This document shows positions 41,701 to 53,380 of a stretch of DNA of 64,000 bases, in pieces. The DNA is from Phoronis australis (lineage: Eukaryota; Animalia; Phoronida). The stretch spans positions 1,393,059 through 1,457,058 of the forward strand of contig NMRA01000035.1 of assembly GCA_002633005.1 (NCBI GenBank). Reading direction: 5' to 3'. The stretch's first letter is position 1. Every line of letters begins with the position of its first letter. The notes beneath the pieces were generated by a model. The model had not been told where the DNA came from, ran no database searches, and saw only the letters and a program-made list of their open reading frames with translations. Both the position numbers and the translations under genes were made by a program.

Positions 41701-44700
41701 ACATAGTTTTAGTTGGTATTTCGACTTTGTAGAGACATCTGCAGTGGGCATTTTGGCTTTGCACCACAGGTTGAATCATGTCAGGTGTAGATGGGAAGGG
41801 AATCATTGTTTTGAGTACGGCCTTCTGTCATTTGATACTGTCTTCAGTTGTTTTTTGAGTGTGGATGGACTTGATAAGGAAACCTATGTTGTTGTAGTCA
41901 GTAGCTAGTTACTCAGCACGCATCATGTAGTTTGAAATCAAGTGATCGTATCGTCTTTTCTCCGACAGTGATCGTGATGACAGTGTTGTGCATAAAATCG
42001 TTTATCATCACTAACATGTATCTTCAAAATTTTGCTAACATACTTCTGCATGACCACATCTTGGTAGATGATGTGATCCAGGAGTTCGAAGGTCGTGACA
42101 TCCAGCAGGTGAATGTGACCTCCCTCAGTGCCCAACAGGAGGTGCTCACAGTTGGACGTCAGACAGACAGACGAGATGGTCTTCAGCTTGCTGCAACAGA
42201 AACAACAATAATACTAACCATGATAAATGTCACAAGCAGATCCAAGCATAACAGGAATAATAGACAACCCTCCCACACAAGTGAAGACACTCTCATTAAC
42301 AGCATTCTTCAGTGACAAATACAAATCAGCACTCAGAAGCATTGTAATTCTTTAATGAACAGCAATTCTCTGGCAAACCACAGTTCACTTCCCTCTCTGA
42401 CAACATACACAGGCATAGCGTATGTTTGGTAAAACATTTAGAGTTTGTAAACTACAAAGGGTACAGCTAATGTTCGTGATGATAATGTTGTTTTCATCAG
42501 AAAAGAACTGCACCAAATGAGAAAAGCTGAGCACCAAACAAAACTTACTAGTGGGAACAGCGAAGTTGTCAGCGAGGAAAGAAGACTGAATATTTGGCTA
42601 CAATTCAGTCACTCCATTGGGTGATTGAAACAAGGGAGCCTCTAGACAGTTTGGCAAATACGACGACAGTGAATAACATTTAGCAAAGAGTGCAGAGAAA
42701 CTTTTACCTTCCTGACAAGCTCGAGACTGGTCATCAATTGAGAAATATGTACCACTTTCGGTATTTGCATATTAAAATATAAAAAATTCAAGCAACCAGC
42801 ATCGCACGTTTTTAAAAGCAAACAGGTTTCAAAACTAAAACGTGTTCATATACACCAACCCTTATATATTATCATAATTTTTATGCTAAAAATTCAGTTT
42901 CACGTGGCGCAAAGTCAAATTGCAAATTTCAGACCGGGAAAAATGAAGGTAATGATTTCTGTTGAGACAATTGGTTAACTCCATATTGTTCATGGCTTTA
43001 TTGTGTGTAATTAGGGGGGCTAACTCACAATGAACCAAAACAATGGATAATGGAAAGTTTTCGAAGCCACTAGCTTTCGGTCTCGTCTCGAGAACATCGT
43101 CGAGTGGAATGGCAGATAACTGGAGCCACGCTCATATCTGATTAGATGCGAGCGGGCTCGTTACCCGCCATTCCACCCGACAAAAACCTTGAGATGATAC
43201 ACAGAAACGAGCAAGGCTCCAGTTACCTGCCATTCCACTCGAGACGAGACCAGAAGCCAGTGGCTTCAAAAACTTTCATACTCCGACAGGGTACTTTCCA
43301 TTACCCATGTTCTAACGGGAGTCGGTGATACCAACATTCGTTCTAAAACCGAAACAATGGTTTTCAAGTAAGCACTGTGAATTCTAACTGAAGACCAATG
43401 CACCCCCCTCCCGCATTAAACCACATCTGTACATCAATTTATTGCGCAAGGTAGAGCCATCTATTGATTGCCTCTGTAATAGGTCCCTTTACCCCACAGT
43501 TCTATTGTCTGGACGTAACCTAAAACATGTACATAAGAATGAGAGCCATCATCACCTCAGCTGGAACACTTATTAACTCTACATATAGAGCTGGGAGACA
43601 ATGCAACTGCTCCACCTCCTGGATAAATAAGTATTCTGATGCCTATTTCGGGTAATACGGTTTGACTATTTTCTTTACAAAACTGTCGTCGCGCACAAAT
43701 TATGGCCAAAAATTCATTTCTTTCCGTTTTTTCAAAGGCTGGCAACATTACCAAAAATGTGCTTATGACACCTACAGGAACAAACCATGCTAGTGAGTGA
43801 CTAGGATTTTCTTAATCTTTATTGTGGAGGAGAAATAGGATGTCACTTGTGAGCCATAAGTGGCAGGCTGAATATGCAACAAAAAAACTTCCAGTTAGCA
43901 AGTTGTGTTCCAAACTAAGCAAAAAAACACAAAAATTCTGTGCGTTTCCAACAAAGGACTTTGTTTCGGAAACGGCAACTGTGAGCTTCATCAAAAATTT
44001 AATGAAGACGGCTATCTATGGCATCCAACTAAGAAAATTGTAGTCATCTCAGGGCAATGTCAATGTATCAATAATGAACAGGCTGGTAATTGGAGTACTT
44101 AGCTAAATTACAAAACTAGAGCCAAGGAACAAAGTCCTTAAAGCCTACCCTCAATAGTAACACAAGTAAATTTAGTTCCAACAATATGTTAAAATCATCA
44201 CTGACCACACCGAAGTCATAAATTGCCACATGTAACGAATGGTTAGGCTTATTACCCGACTTTCGTCTACATCACCGCCAGAATCCTCAGTCAAGTCTAA
44301 CAGCTGTGAACAACAACCGTGTACTTCGGGGGTTCTATTCAATATGCTCTGGTGTCCACCACAGAGGCATACTTCTACTGCAGGCTCTAGTGAATATTCA
44401 CAACTACTGCTATCGGCTGTCCTTTACGTTTTCTCGCAGCGACCCAATGAGGCGTTAAAAAGCCTACTTTACATACAGTTTGATGTGCCAGCGTTAAAGA
44501 GTTTAAATCGTGTTTTCCTGTGTTACTGAATCATTGGCACAACTATCTGAACAGTCCAATACATCTGGAATAACAAAAATCTATTTGAAGAAGGTTTTAA
44601 AGAGCAATGACTTTTATGTCATTTGTCAAATTCCGGAATTTATTGAGTGGATTTGCAAGTGTGAAACAGATTAACAAAGATTTTTATTTCAATACTGCAA

Positions 44701-47700
44701 CCAACACTGCATACATTAAATTCAGTACTCTGCAGACTCTGCTTTTCCTCAATAACAGGAAATGAGTATAATTCACGAAATAAGCTTCTTTAATGGATTA
44801 AGAAGTTTTGAATGCAATTCAGAACCAGAAACCATTATCGTAATATTTTTTTGCTTTTAATAACTTTAAAGAAATAAGAACATGGCCACAAATAGATCGA
44901 TGATTATTACCGTATGCAGCAGACAAGTTCTGGCAGTTGTGGATTCTTTCTGAAGGTGACGTTATTTTTATGGTTTTCGAAAATAAACTGCTTGGCGAAG
45001 TTATCACAAGAATGAGCAGAGGCAGAATTCAGCAGAAAGGTAGTTCCTAGATAATTTGTATGTTATTGATTTATAGTAAAACAGACATACTTCTAAAATG
45101 CAAACTAATGTAATTATCGTGTTACTGATACTGTTGTTTTGGCATTAACCTTTGTTTCTGCTACATCCTATTAAAAGACATGGTCGCGTGACCCAATGGG
45201 TAAAAGATTGGTAAAACGTAAAAAAATCCTTTTTTAAGTCATTAAATAAACAAATGGCCCGTGAGTTATGAACAGCACTTTTTTCTTCCTCTACAATGTA
45301 CACGGGTGGATACACCACTTCATGGCGCCCAAGCCACAGAGGTACCGACGGACTATCAAGTCAACGCTCGCAGGATCTACAGTGTTTGGCGAGTTGCTTT
45401 TTGGAATCCTGGATAAGCCCCCGTCTACAGGCTTTCTTTTTTCAGAAGATTATTGGGTTAAAATGTATCCTTTCATAGATATTATGCCAAATACTGCATC
45501 AGTTCATAAGGTCCCTACATAAACTTAAACAACATCAACAAAACCTTACAACAAAGTTTTCTTATCAAACAGTGCTGCAACAACAAGACTTAAATCTCGT
45601 CAACATGCTCATCTCCAAACAGTGTGGTATGAGCCTTTTCATTTCCAATGCCAACAATTTTCACCAATCCGGCCATCTGACCGCAGAGCCCTTCACCTAA
45701 AGAGCTGTTATTTGGAAAAGACGTTTTCTCGCTTCTCGTTACTATATTAATCTAAAACAGCAAAGAGAAAAAATAACACAGTAGAAAAGCACTGAGGCGC
45801 TAATGTGCTGACCCAAGCACGTAGAGTGAATTCCTCAGATATGACTTGCGCATAAAAAACACAACTGTCTCTTTGGCAGAGGAAATGCAAGAACTTTGTC
45901 TGCAACTAATGACCAATGAAATTTGAGCCAAAAGATCGAGGCACAAGATCCACTTACCAGTTTTAACTTCACCAAATGTTGAACTAGCAATTACCTATTA
46001 ATTATAATTTCATAAAAATTCTTTAAATTAAGGACAAAAATAATTGCTAAAATTGGTACATTTCTAATTTTCAGAAGCAGGTCACATTGTTGCTAATTCT
46101 CAAAATGTTACCAAATGTTGTTTGGTAACAGCTAAGCCATACAAACCCTGTTGAATGCAAAATAAATTTCCATGAAAAGTTATTTTTGTTGAGAAACTTA
46201 ACGAAATGACATTTCGCATGTCTGTCATATACTTATAGTGATCCAAACTGAAGAAATTTTACCGTGGTCTGACAAATGCCAAACCTGGAGTAAGAGTTTG
46301 TTGCAAACATGAAAATTAAAATCAATATCAATAATTTTAATCCTGATTTTCCGCGATAACAAGAAACTGGCACAATTCACAGAAACCAACTTTTTTAATA
46401 GAGATTTTGAACGAATTATACCTAACAAACCACTGCTTGCTTTCAATAACTAGTGCATGAATCTATCTACAAATCATTTCTTTGTTATGATGACAAAGAA
46501 AGGAGACAAAATCAGACATGTGGGTCTCATAAGGAAACATGAGAACTGTCCATCATAGATAACAATCATTGTTGTAGATCTTATGTAACAAAATTAAACA
46601 TTCAAGAGTGACACAGAATGTAGGCACATGCATTCAGAGTGCAGAGCATAGGGGCATGAAGGGCAACACAAGAGAGCCCTGCCAAGCTACAGATAAGGGC
46701 CCTCCAGGGCAATCGTCCATAATTATCAATTCAATATTGAACTCCACAAATGAATGTTTCCCAGGCAGCCTGCATGTTAACATGAACATTATGGTAATCT
46801 TTGGTATGATGTCATGTATGTACTTTTGAAAAATTCGTGCCACAGTTCATGTCACAAAATTAGTGGATTTTGAACACATAAAGAAATTAACTTAATTTGA
46901 CGTTAAACACATTAACAAGAACAAATTAAAGTGCTGAGATGGACATACAACTGCAAGTGGGTGTTTATTAGCTTCATTTAACAACACAATTAAACTACCT
47001 GAAAACACATTGGTACTACCTGAGACCCAAGCCATTCACACATCTGTCAAGGTCTATCAAAAAAAAAACCTATCAAGTCATTTTGACACTGACAGAAAAG
47101 CAATATCTAGCCAAAAACTAAAATGGCCCAAAGGAAGTGCTCCAGTGGCCTAATCCATTCCAAGGTCAGCTGGTGCTGATGCATCCCAGTCATAAATGTT
47201 CACAAAATTCATTACTTTGCTTTAGTAGTCGAATCTGCACGAAAATCAGAGCCTGGCTGGAACCTAAACTTTTCACTAGAAATCGAACTCCTTCGAATTG
47301 GAATACGAATTTAAGACCATTGCCTGTATATTTCACTGCCCCTGGTGATTATGTAATCCAATTTTCCACTAGATGGTCACATTTAAGCCATAAGTTCAAG
47401 TATGAACTTGAAAACGAGAGCTTCCTTGAAATCCAGAGCTTCTACATGGCATTTGATGTCACGATCTTCGGCCAAATTTAGCCTCACTCCCATATTTAAA
47501 GTATTTAGAAATCACGCAAAATTTCCCTTATCAGGCCTCAAAATTCCCCTCCAATGATAAAAACTTCCCCTCAAACGTAGAATCACTTCTACTTGCAGCA
47601 TTGGTTATAAGGAGTGGAAACTAGAGGGGAGGGGGGGACAGGGTATCTTTCCCCTCGAGTGAGCAAGGGCCCTGTTCTAGTAGTTAGCTATAGTTGCTGC

Positions 47701-50700
47701 TCGGGCATGGTTGGCCCTGGCATCACATGAAGGGAACCTCCCCACAGCACACAAGAAGCCACAGAGAAACAGCTGTCTCCTGCTGGCTTATCAACAAGTA
47801 GACAGCAAAACACTCCACAGAGCAAATGTCTGTGGACAGATGGCTCAGACCTTGTCAAGGAGTAGCTGTCTAATTAATCAAAGGGGAATGTTCAAAATAA
47901 TAGGGCAGATGTTGATACAAACATGCAGCGTGCAATCTGCAGCAGTTCTTATCTGGGCAGCCAATGTGGAATGAATCTAGGTCACAGCAGACCATAAGTA
48001 GGTCATCCCTGTGTAGTAAACAACAGCACTGACAAGTTAGCAGGAAATGCAAACGACAGGCTGGACACAAGGGATGTATGTGGATGTTGGCAGGCACAGA
48101 CAGCTGACTATAACGCCAAAAGGAAGTCCGCACCTCATCACTGGGGACTTGTCAGAGTTGCTCAAAAAGTTGCTGATCACAAAACTATGATTACAGCTGA
48201 CTCAGAAATCCAAACCCATAAGCCCCAAAGTTTACACTGGCCTGTGTTAACAACAAACGAGCACAAGCAAGATACAGGTCCATGAATTACTCTAAGCAGA
48301 GAGCCACATATCCATGACAAGAACACGCCAGTTAAGAGTTGTTACAGTGAAACGTAGGATACCATACATACATGACCTAAGGCCCTTTCACACTAGCGTC
48401 GGCACCCAATGTAATGGGGAATTGTGGTCACTAAGAATAGTTAACTTCAGTCTTGCATCAAAGTTAACAGTTCCAGTTAACTTCGCAGTAAACGGGTGGA
48501 TTTAACAGTGGAGTGGCGATGCTACGGTGCAGTTCAACAGTTAACTTTGGTTTCAGCGAAGTTAATAATTAATGGGTAATGTGTCGTCATTAATAGCTAC
48601 TCTTATTTTATATATATATAGCCAATTGAATGTCATTTGGCAGTCACGTAAATTTTCCCATATTGGGACAGTAAAAAAATCTTAGCATGCCCGGGATGCA
48701 TTAGCACTACTGTGTGATTACTTCGATGATGATAGTGTCACCTACCGTTTACTTCGATGCCGTTAACTACCAAAGCTAGTATGAACAATTCAATTAACTT
48801 TGCAGTTTACGTGGATGCTCCGCTCATACCGGAGTTAAGTTAGTATGAAAGAACCTCTAGATACCTCACACAATAAGCCCCAAAATAAAAGAATACCAAT
48901 TATGTAGATTTGGGGGTTCCCCTGAAGGCTCTTAAAAGGACTTCAGTTGCATAAAGTCAGGCACTTGAGTGGCTGTAATGAGGACTGCTTATAGGCAGTT
49001 GAGTATTTGAGGACATCGGTCACAGAAGAGTGGGCAAACACTACACCCTAAAACTTGCAGTAAGCCACACAGCTTATCAATGGACAATGCTTGCTACTGC
49101 ACCTCAACAGACATGCCACGGAGTGATCTAGCCTGAGGCGCAAGAAAAATGTGCAGGATGAATTGAGGTCAGATTACGCTGACTAGTATGATTTTCCGGA
49201 TGCAAGTCACTAATTCCAGGCCAAAATTCTCTACCCATGAATGTGATGTCTAACAAAAAATAGAGAACAATGAGGTCCTCCAATGGGAACTGAATAGAAT
49301 ACAAAAAAATACAACCATAGCTTCCAGAATAATGCAACCTTGATGTCAATTTACGTATAAACTGTTGTTCTTCTGAACTAATAATCAGCTGCAATAGTCA
49401 CTTACAGGGGTCAAGTATTTTGAGAACCAGTTTTCTCCAATGAATAACGTGCATCAAACTGGTTCTGAAAATCAGAGACCTTAGTAAGTGGCTGTTGCCT
49501 GATCAGCCGACAGGAAGGAAATGTTTTGAAATTTCTTTCATAACTGATTTTACACTATCGACAAGTACTCCAAAGCTGGTGGCCTAGTCATATACCACAG
49601 TAAATTAAGGTGAGTTGTTTCGAAACTGCAAGCAGCACCATCTATCAAAACCATTGCTTCCGCGCGTGGTTTTGGATGGAACCATTTGTTATGATTCTTA
49701 AATACAACCAATTAACATTCCCAATTACGGGAATTCTTCACTCATTCAGCACACAACATGACCAGCAAGTGAAATGCAAACCGTCAACTTTCTCCACAAA
49801 AAAAGGTAAGGAAAATGTTTGGGCTATAACTAGCACAATGTGTACAGTGTAGATGCCATGTAGCAACATTTTGTTAAGTCTCCACTATTTGTAGCGATAT
49901 AATCAGCCCTCGAAAAATGGAATATGGCAATTTTGGGAATTATTTTTGTGCAAATTAAGTGGAGAATTACCATGGACTGAGCATTGTTGATGATAAGGAG
50001 CTCACAAATTTCTTCCACAGGGAGAACCATCGCCTCAATCTCGACTTATTCAAGTTTAAAGTTGGCAACTTCGGCTAGACACAATTTGTACCAAGCAGGC
50101 CAATGGGGCACAATACGCATGGCAGTTGTGAAAATAAAACCAGGCAACGCCAAACTTTGTTGAGATTCGAAGCGCGCAAGATTGCCTGAATATCCACAAC
50201 ACCTGTTTTTAACTCTCTTTAAATTCCAACAGAACGTCTAATCCTTTTAGGCCTGGATGCAACAGGAATGCTACTTATACGCCCACTCTGACAAAGAGAA
50301 ACAGTAGCTCTAAGTTATGGTTAATTTGTTGTTTTATAATGGCAAAAAATCCATAGCGTAGTAAAGTAATTCTTGCATAAAGTGGGTCTTAGGTTGACAA
50401 AACCTGACTAGTTTAATATAAAGACTCAACTAGTTTAAGTTTACAGACACGGCATGCACTACCGACTAACAGTGACCGTACCTTCCCTCCTGGGCAAACT
50501 GGTCGAAGACCTTCACCTGTTCCATCGCTGACTGACCCTCCTTGACGTTGATCTCCCATAGGTGGAGTGTGTTGTCCGTTGTCAGCGAGACGAGGCGACC
50601 CTAACAAAAAATTGGATGGTTCGCTCAAGAACGTGCAACTGCCAATTATAGCACATTTACAACCCTGAATTTTGGTCATACTTAAACGCTACTTCAGTAA

Positions 50701-51362
50701 CAAGACTTACCTTAAGATACCACATTTCGTACAATGACGAGGTCGACTTTTCAGTTTTAACTTTGCAATGTGTCAAAGAAATCGAATCGTGAAATAAGGC
50801 ATGTTAAAGCTTCTCGTTTTCAATTGGGGTTCAGAATGTCTTGAAGCATTATGCGCCGTTTCAATCTTATGTTGTTCTTTGCAATTCATGAAGCACCAAA
50901 GTAGCACTCAACATGGCTTAAACACAACAAACGGACTTCTGAAACACTCAACATTGCCCTGAAATCTGTTATGTGAGACACAGGTTGGGCTTTTTTACAA
51001 ATAGAGATGAAAAAGTTGTGTGGGTTCTTGGTGAGACAGTGCCCATTATAAATACGCAATTAAGGTATCAATTCTGTTTCGTGCTTTGCTACAAATATCA
51101 GTTTCAAATCTGTTTGTTATCACCAGTCATGACTAAGTAAATATCAAAAGATCAAAAGGTTAATTAGCTGTCATCTGACTACAGCTGCCGTCAATTACGT
51201 TGTTAGTTCTACTGAAACCAATGAAAAATCAGACTAAGGTTTTGTGTTGACAATTCCAAATATTGATCTCTTTGTCTTACCTGGTCAGGAAGAAAATAGA
51301 GCTGAGTGACGCCAACATCTCCGCTGTGCTTGGCGGAGAACTCGACACCGGCACCGCCAAAA
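17588..51362 (-). CDS. LLGL1: Lethal(2) giant larvae protein homolog (WD40 double beta-propeller polarity protein), 5'-partial, 24 exons
   Basis: 24 GT-AG exons join in one frame (3553 nt = 1+1184 codons). Hallmark peptides [83 protein letters not shown] (aPKC sites), [15 protein letters not shown]. No C-terminal R-SNARE motif, so Lgl rather than tomosyn. Probably co-orthologous to LLGL1/LLGL2. The last four exons are less certain. Confidence 0.93.
20050..20418. mobile_element. Harbinger-like MITE
   Basis: about 30-bp imperfect TIR (ggcctggggtctg...tttttactcgaa) with 3-bp TSD CAG (20047-49, 20419-21). Confidence 0.7.
20772..20815 (-). CDS. LLGL1: Lgl small exon ([15 protein letters not shown]); read-through gives VRMS* (stop 20757-20759)
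   Basis: ttctcaacAG / GAG|GTTAGA, phase 1/0. Confidence 0.65.
21711..21947 (-). CDS. LLGL1: Lgl acidic tail exon ([17 protein letters not shown]...EPAAVEPA)
   Basis: ctttcAG / CAG|GTACGA, phase 1/1 (skippable), within ORF 21631..21963. Confidence 0.72.
23355..23440 (-). CDS. LLGL1: Lgl acidic tail exon ([28 protein letters not shown])
   Basis: ttccAG / CAG|GTAATG, phase 2/1, GC-rich codon-like composition. Confidence 0.7.
24225..24413 (-). CDS. LLGL1: Lgl exon (PAEAEGETK...[21 protein letters not shown])
   Basis: gccAG / GA|GTGAGT; [16 protein letters not shown] resembles human DTTLDTTGDVTVEDV. Confidence 0.8.
24836..25033 (-). CDS. LLGL1: Lgl exon ([30 protein letters not shown]...[11 protein letters not shown])
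   Basis: ttctAG / AA|GTACGT. Confidence 0.9.
25900..26020 (-). CDS. LLGL1: Lgl exon ([16 protein letters not shown]...CLRKDDI)
   Basis: ttccAG / AG|GTGAGT. Confidence 0.9.
26597..26702 (-). CDS. LLGL1: Lgl exon ([35 protein letters not shown])
   Basis: tcctAG / G|GTGAGT. Confidence 0.9.
27201..27484 (-). CDS. LLGL1: Lgl exon ([14 protein letters not shown]...HHAPV...CSEEQFK)
   Basis: ccctAG / AAA|GTAAGA. Confidence 0.92.
27748..27938 (-). CDS. LLGL1: Lgl exon (GQEKKEEG...[30 protein letters not shown])
   Basis: cacAG / G|GTAAGC. Confidence 0.88.
28721..28913 (-). CDS. LLGL1: Lgl exon with aPKC phosphorylation/polybasic motif ([22 protein letters not shown])
   Basis: ttctAG / GA|GTAAGT; S-x-x-x-S-x-x-x-S array as in human KSLKKSLRQSFRR. 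Confidence 0.9.
29230..29318 (-). CDS. LLGL1: Lgl exon ([29 protein letters not shown])
   Basis: aacAG / G|GTGAGT. Confidence 0.9.
29741..30069 (-). CDS. LLGL1: Lgl exon ([17 protein letters not shown]...WKGHEAL...HSEWQ)
   Basis: ttgcAG / CT|GTGAGT. Confidence 0.92.
30420..30573 (-). CDS. LLGL1: Lgl exon ([22 protein letters not shown]...EEWPPFRK)
   Basis: ttccAG / AAG|GTACGC. Confidence 0.92.
31108..31175 (-). CDS. LLGL1: Lgl exon ([23 protein letters not shown])
   Basis: ttgcAG / GG|GTAAGG. Confidence 0.9.
31881..32098 (-). CDS. LLGL1: Lgl exon ([27 protein letters not shown]...HSSAIT...)
   Basis: accAG / AGG|GTGAGA. Confidence 0.9.
32655..32827 (-). CDS. LLGL1: Lgl exon ([15 protein letters not shown]...DFTSKVVDY...)
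   Basis: ttccAG / G|GTAATG. Confidence 0.9.
33938..33989 (-). CDS. LLGL1: Lgl exon ([17 protein letters not shown])
   Basis: tttcAG / GC|GTAAGT; invariant PFPCKAI. Confidence 0.9.
35088..35410. repeat. Degenerate ~30-bp minisatellite
   Basis: about 10 units resembling cagtgtaccagacaccatatgaacactgcat. Confidence 0.6.
35470..35596 (-). CDS. LLGL1: Lgl exon ([26 protein letters not shown]...PTVEY)
   Basis: ccctAG / G|GTAAGT. Confidence 0.9.
35963..36096. repeat. (TGG)n / (CCA)n compound microsatellite
   Basis: directly visible; intronic. Confidence 0.9.
36607..36690 (-). CDS. LLGL1: Lgl exon ([28 protein letters not shown])
   Basis: ttgcAG / CAG|GTGAGC. Confidence 0.9.
39897..40404. mobile_element. 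hAT-like MITE, opposite orientation to 7181..7440
   Basis: perfect TIR CAGGGCTTGGAAT; subterminal sequences match the other copy; CpG-rich interior. Confidence 0.7.
41458..41530 (-). CDS. LLGL1: Lgl exon ([24 protein letters not shown])
   Basis: ttttcAG / AAA|GTGAGT. Confidence 0.88.
42044..42190 (-). CDS. LLGL1: Lgl exon ([31 protein letters not shown]...QDVVMQ)
   Basis: ttgcAG / AA|GTATGT, phase 2/2. Confidence 0.9.
43040..43310. mobile_element. Inverted repeat containing a degenerate minimal hammerhead-like motif (Penelope-like pLTR remnant)
   Basis: arms 43053-43133 and 43209-43277 are reverse complements; motif at 43067-43107 on the minus strand. Confidence 0.5.
48380..48856. mobile_element. 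PIF/Harbinger-like MITE
   Basis: TIR aggccctttcacacta / tagtatgaaagaacct, 3-bp TSD CTA, repeated internal AGTTAAC motifs. Confidence 0.65.
50482..50600 (-). CDS. LLGL1: Lgl exon ([22 protein letters not shown]...)
   Basis: ttgttAG / AG|GTACGG, phase 0/2. Confidence 0.9.
51281..51362 (-). CDS. LLGL1: Lgl exon ([27 protein letters not shown])
   Basis: AG acceptor preceded by CCTTAAC; CAG|GTAAGA donor; matches human YGAPGVEF..VTQMHFL. Confidence 0.88.
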
Positions 51363-51384
51363 CTGAGAGGTGGAGTTAAGGCTC
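51363..51384 (-). other. U12-type branch point / 3' splice site of the Lgl intron upstream of the first visible exon
   Basis: minus strand reads GAGCCTTAACtccacctctcAG; CCTTAAC ends 12 nt from the exon; matching donor not in window. Confidence 0.65.
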
Positions 51385-51640
51385 AACAATCAACCAATGT
51401 ACCCATAGAGGGTTGAGCCGGAGCTCATCACTTCAACAGGACAAATTATAGATTTCAGTCACAAAATTCGGCAAAGTACAGAAAATATGAACTTGCAGAA
51501 AACATTTCATAAAGCAGTGTATGGGGTCAATACTTAAGAAATTTAAGTGACAATAAACTCGCGCCGGTCAAAATCCAACTTTAAATAAGGCCACTTTCAG
51601 TTATCATCTAGTCCTTTACTGAGGTTATCAATGACTCCAG

Positions 51641-52089
51641 GGCCTGGTTGCACGAAAAAGTCCTAAATAGGGACTCGACTAAGCTCCCTAAATCCACTAC
51701 ACATTTGTGTCTATCTTTACTCACAGATATAAACGTTTTCTATCACCTCATTTTTATTATGAGCTCCTTTTGACTAATGACATTTTAAAATAATATAACT
51801 CAAAACCGAGTCTAATGACATTCTATAATAATATAACTCGAAACTGAGTCCTGAGTTCAGTGAAAATACATAGGGATTTTACACGAGCAGATCCTTATTT
51901 ATTTTCGATAATGTTAAGAACTCAAAACAGAGATCACATTTGATTTGTAACACAGCCAAAACTTGACTTAGTCATGAAACTAAAATAGTATAAGAAAGGA
52001 CACTAGCGTTATCACAAGTCCACAAATACGCGATAGATTTAGGGAATTTAGCCTATTCCCTATTTGGGACTGCTTCATGTAACCGGGCA
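51641..52089. mobile_element. Harbinger-like MITE (family shared with 7627..8048)
   Basis: about 55-bp TIRs, CAG/CGG flanks, colinear similarity to the 7.6-kb copy. Confidence 0.75.
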
Positions 52090-53380
52090 CGGAAGACCAG
52101 ACCCAGTCCAGACCCACTACGTTATTTTTTTATAATACTTTGGTTTCAGTGGCCAAGGCAGGGGCAGTCAAGACTTTTTGTGACCAATTTCTAATCAATT
52201 CAAACATAGGATGAGAACACAGCGATATTGCTTCAGAAAAGCACATAAGCCTGAGAATATAGAACTTTCAACAAACAACGTGATAAAAAGACATTTTATT
52301 TTTTATCACCAAACCAAGTTTTAAAATTTGTGAAAATGAAAGTTTTTGATTATCAAGACCCACAATGCTGTACATTCCCAATGTTGCTGATAACGTGACG
52401 AATAATGTACCAAGCAACTACGAGGAATGATAATATGTTGAAACTATAGAAAGGCACTGCATCGGCAGTATGCAAACATACTGTCCCTGGGAAAGTTTTA
52501 GCATTCTGTGAGATTACACTTGTTTTCAAACAAAACAAAGGGTATTCCCAGCTTAAAAACAGCAGTGATTGAATTCACTGGTCAACTATGTGGCTGCATT
52601 CACACAGGTGCTGTCACCACACAACTGTCTATAGGGATTGTGTAACAGGACCATATTTGACTCCTAGTACAAAGGAAGAAAGCGATTACCAGAGAAAACC
52701 AGAAAACCGTTTTCATGACTGTGACAATATACACACGTAACAAGCGTAACACGCGGTTTCTATTTTTAACAGACTTTATGAGCAAGATCAGAAAGGAATG
52801 TTGATCAATCACCTTCAACATACTAGATTCCTTCTTAAGTAAACATAAACCCAATTGTACAACTCCTACACCATACTGAGAATATACCCTATACTATAAA
52901 GAAAATACTAGTGGACAGCCATGTAGTGGGCAAAAATGGTCATTTTCTCAACATCCGATCTGCTGGGTTACTTTAAATGTAGTCAGGGTCTGTATTATAT
53001 CACTGGGTAGTACAAAAATTGTCAACTGGCATTACCAGGATCCTTGTCAAACTGGGTTACTTAGTAGACTAAAACTGTTGAAGTGGTGTTCATTAGCAGG
53101 TAACCACAGACTGCTCTCACTCTCATCAGGCTAACTTAAGGCTAACACAAAGTGATTTAACACAGGGCAGGAGTCTGTTTCTATGGTAACCAGTACAGGC
53201 ACTACTGAAATGCATTTGGAAAACACAATTGCAGTGGGAAGCATTTCCTGTGAATAAAACCAGTAACAGCAAAAAGGCTCTTTGGCTGGAGTAGTATTGA
53301 GAGCCAATCAATTCTATTGTTTCGGTGCTGGAAACAAACTTTCAACTTAGTAGGCAATGGGTGAAGGTCGGTTCTGTCGG

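Noticed and set aside
41381-42315. Longest plus-strand ORFs (175 and 127 aa)
   Set aside because: Partly antisense shadows of Lgl exons; no independent gene structure
17588-51362. Tomosyn/STXBP5 identity
   Set aside because: No C-terminal VAMP-like coiled coil; has Lgl-type FSGGMPRA and KSxKKSLRxSFRR motifs
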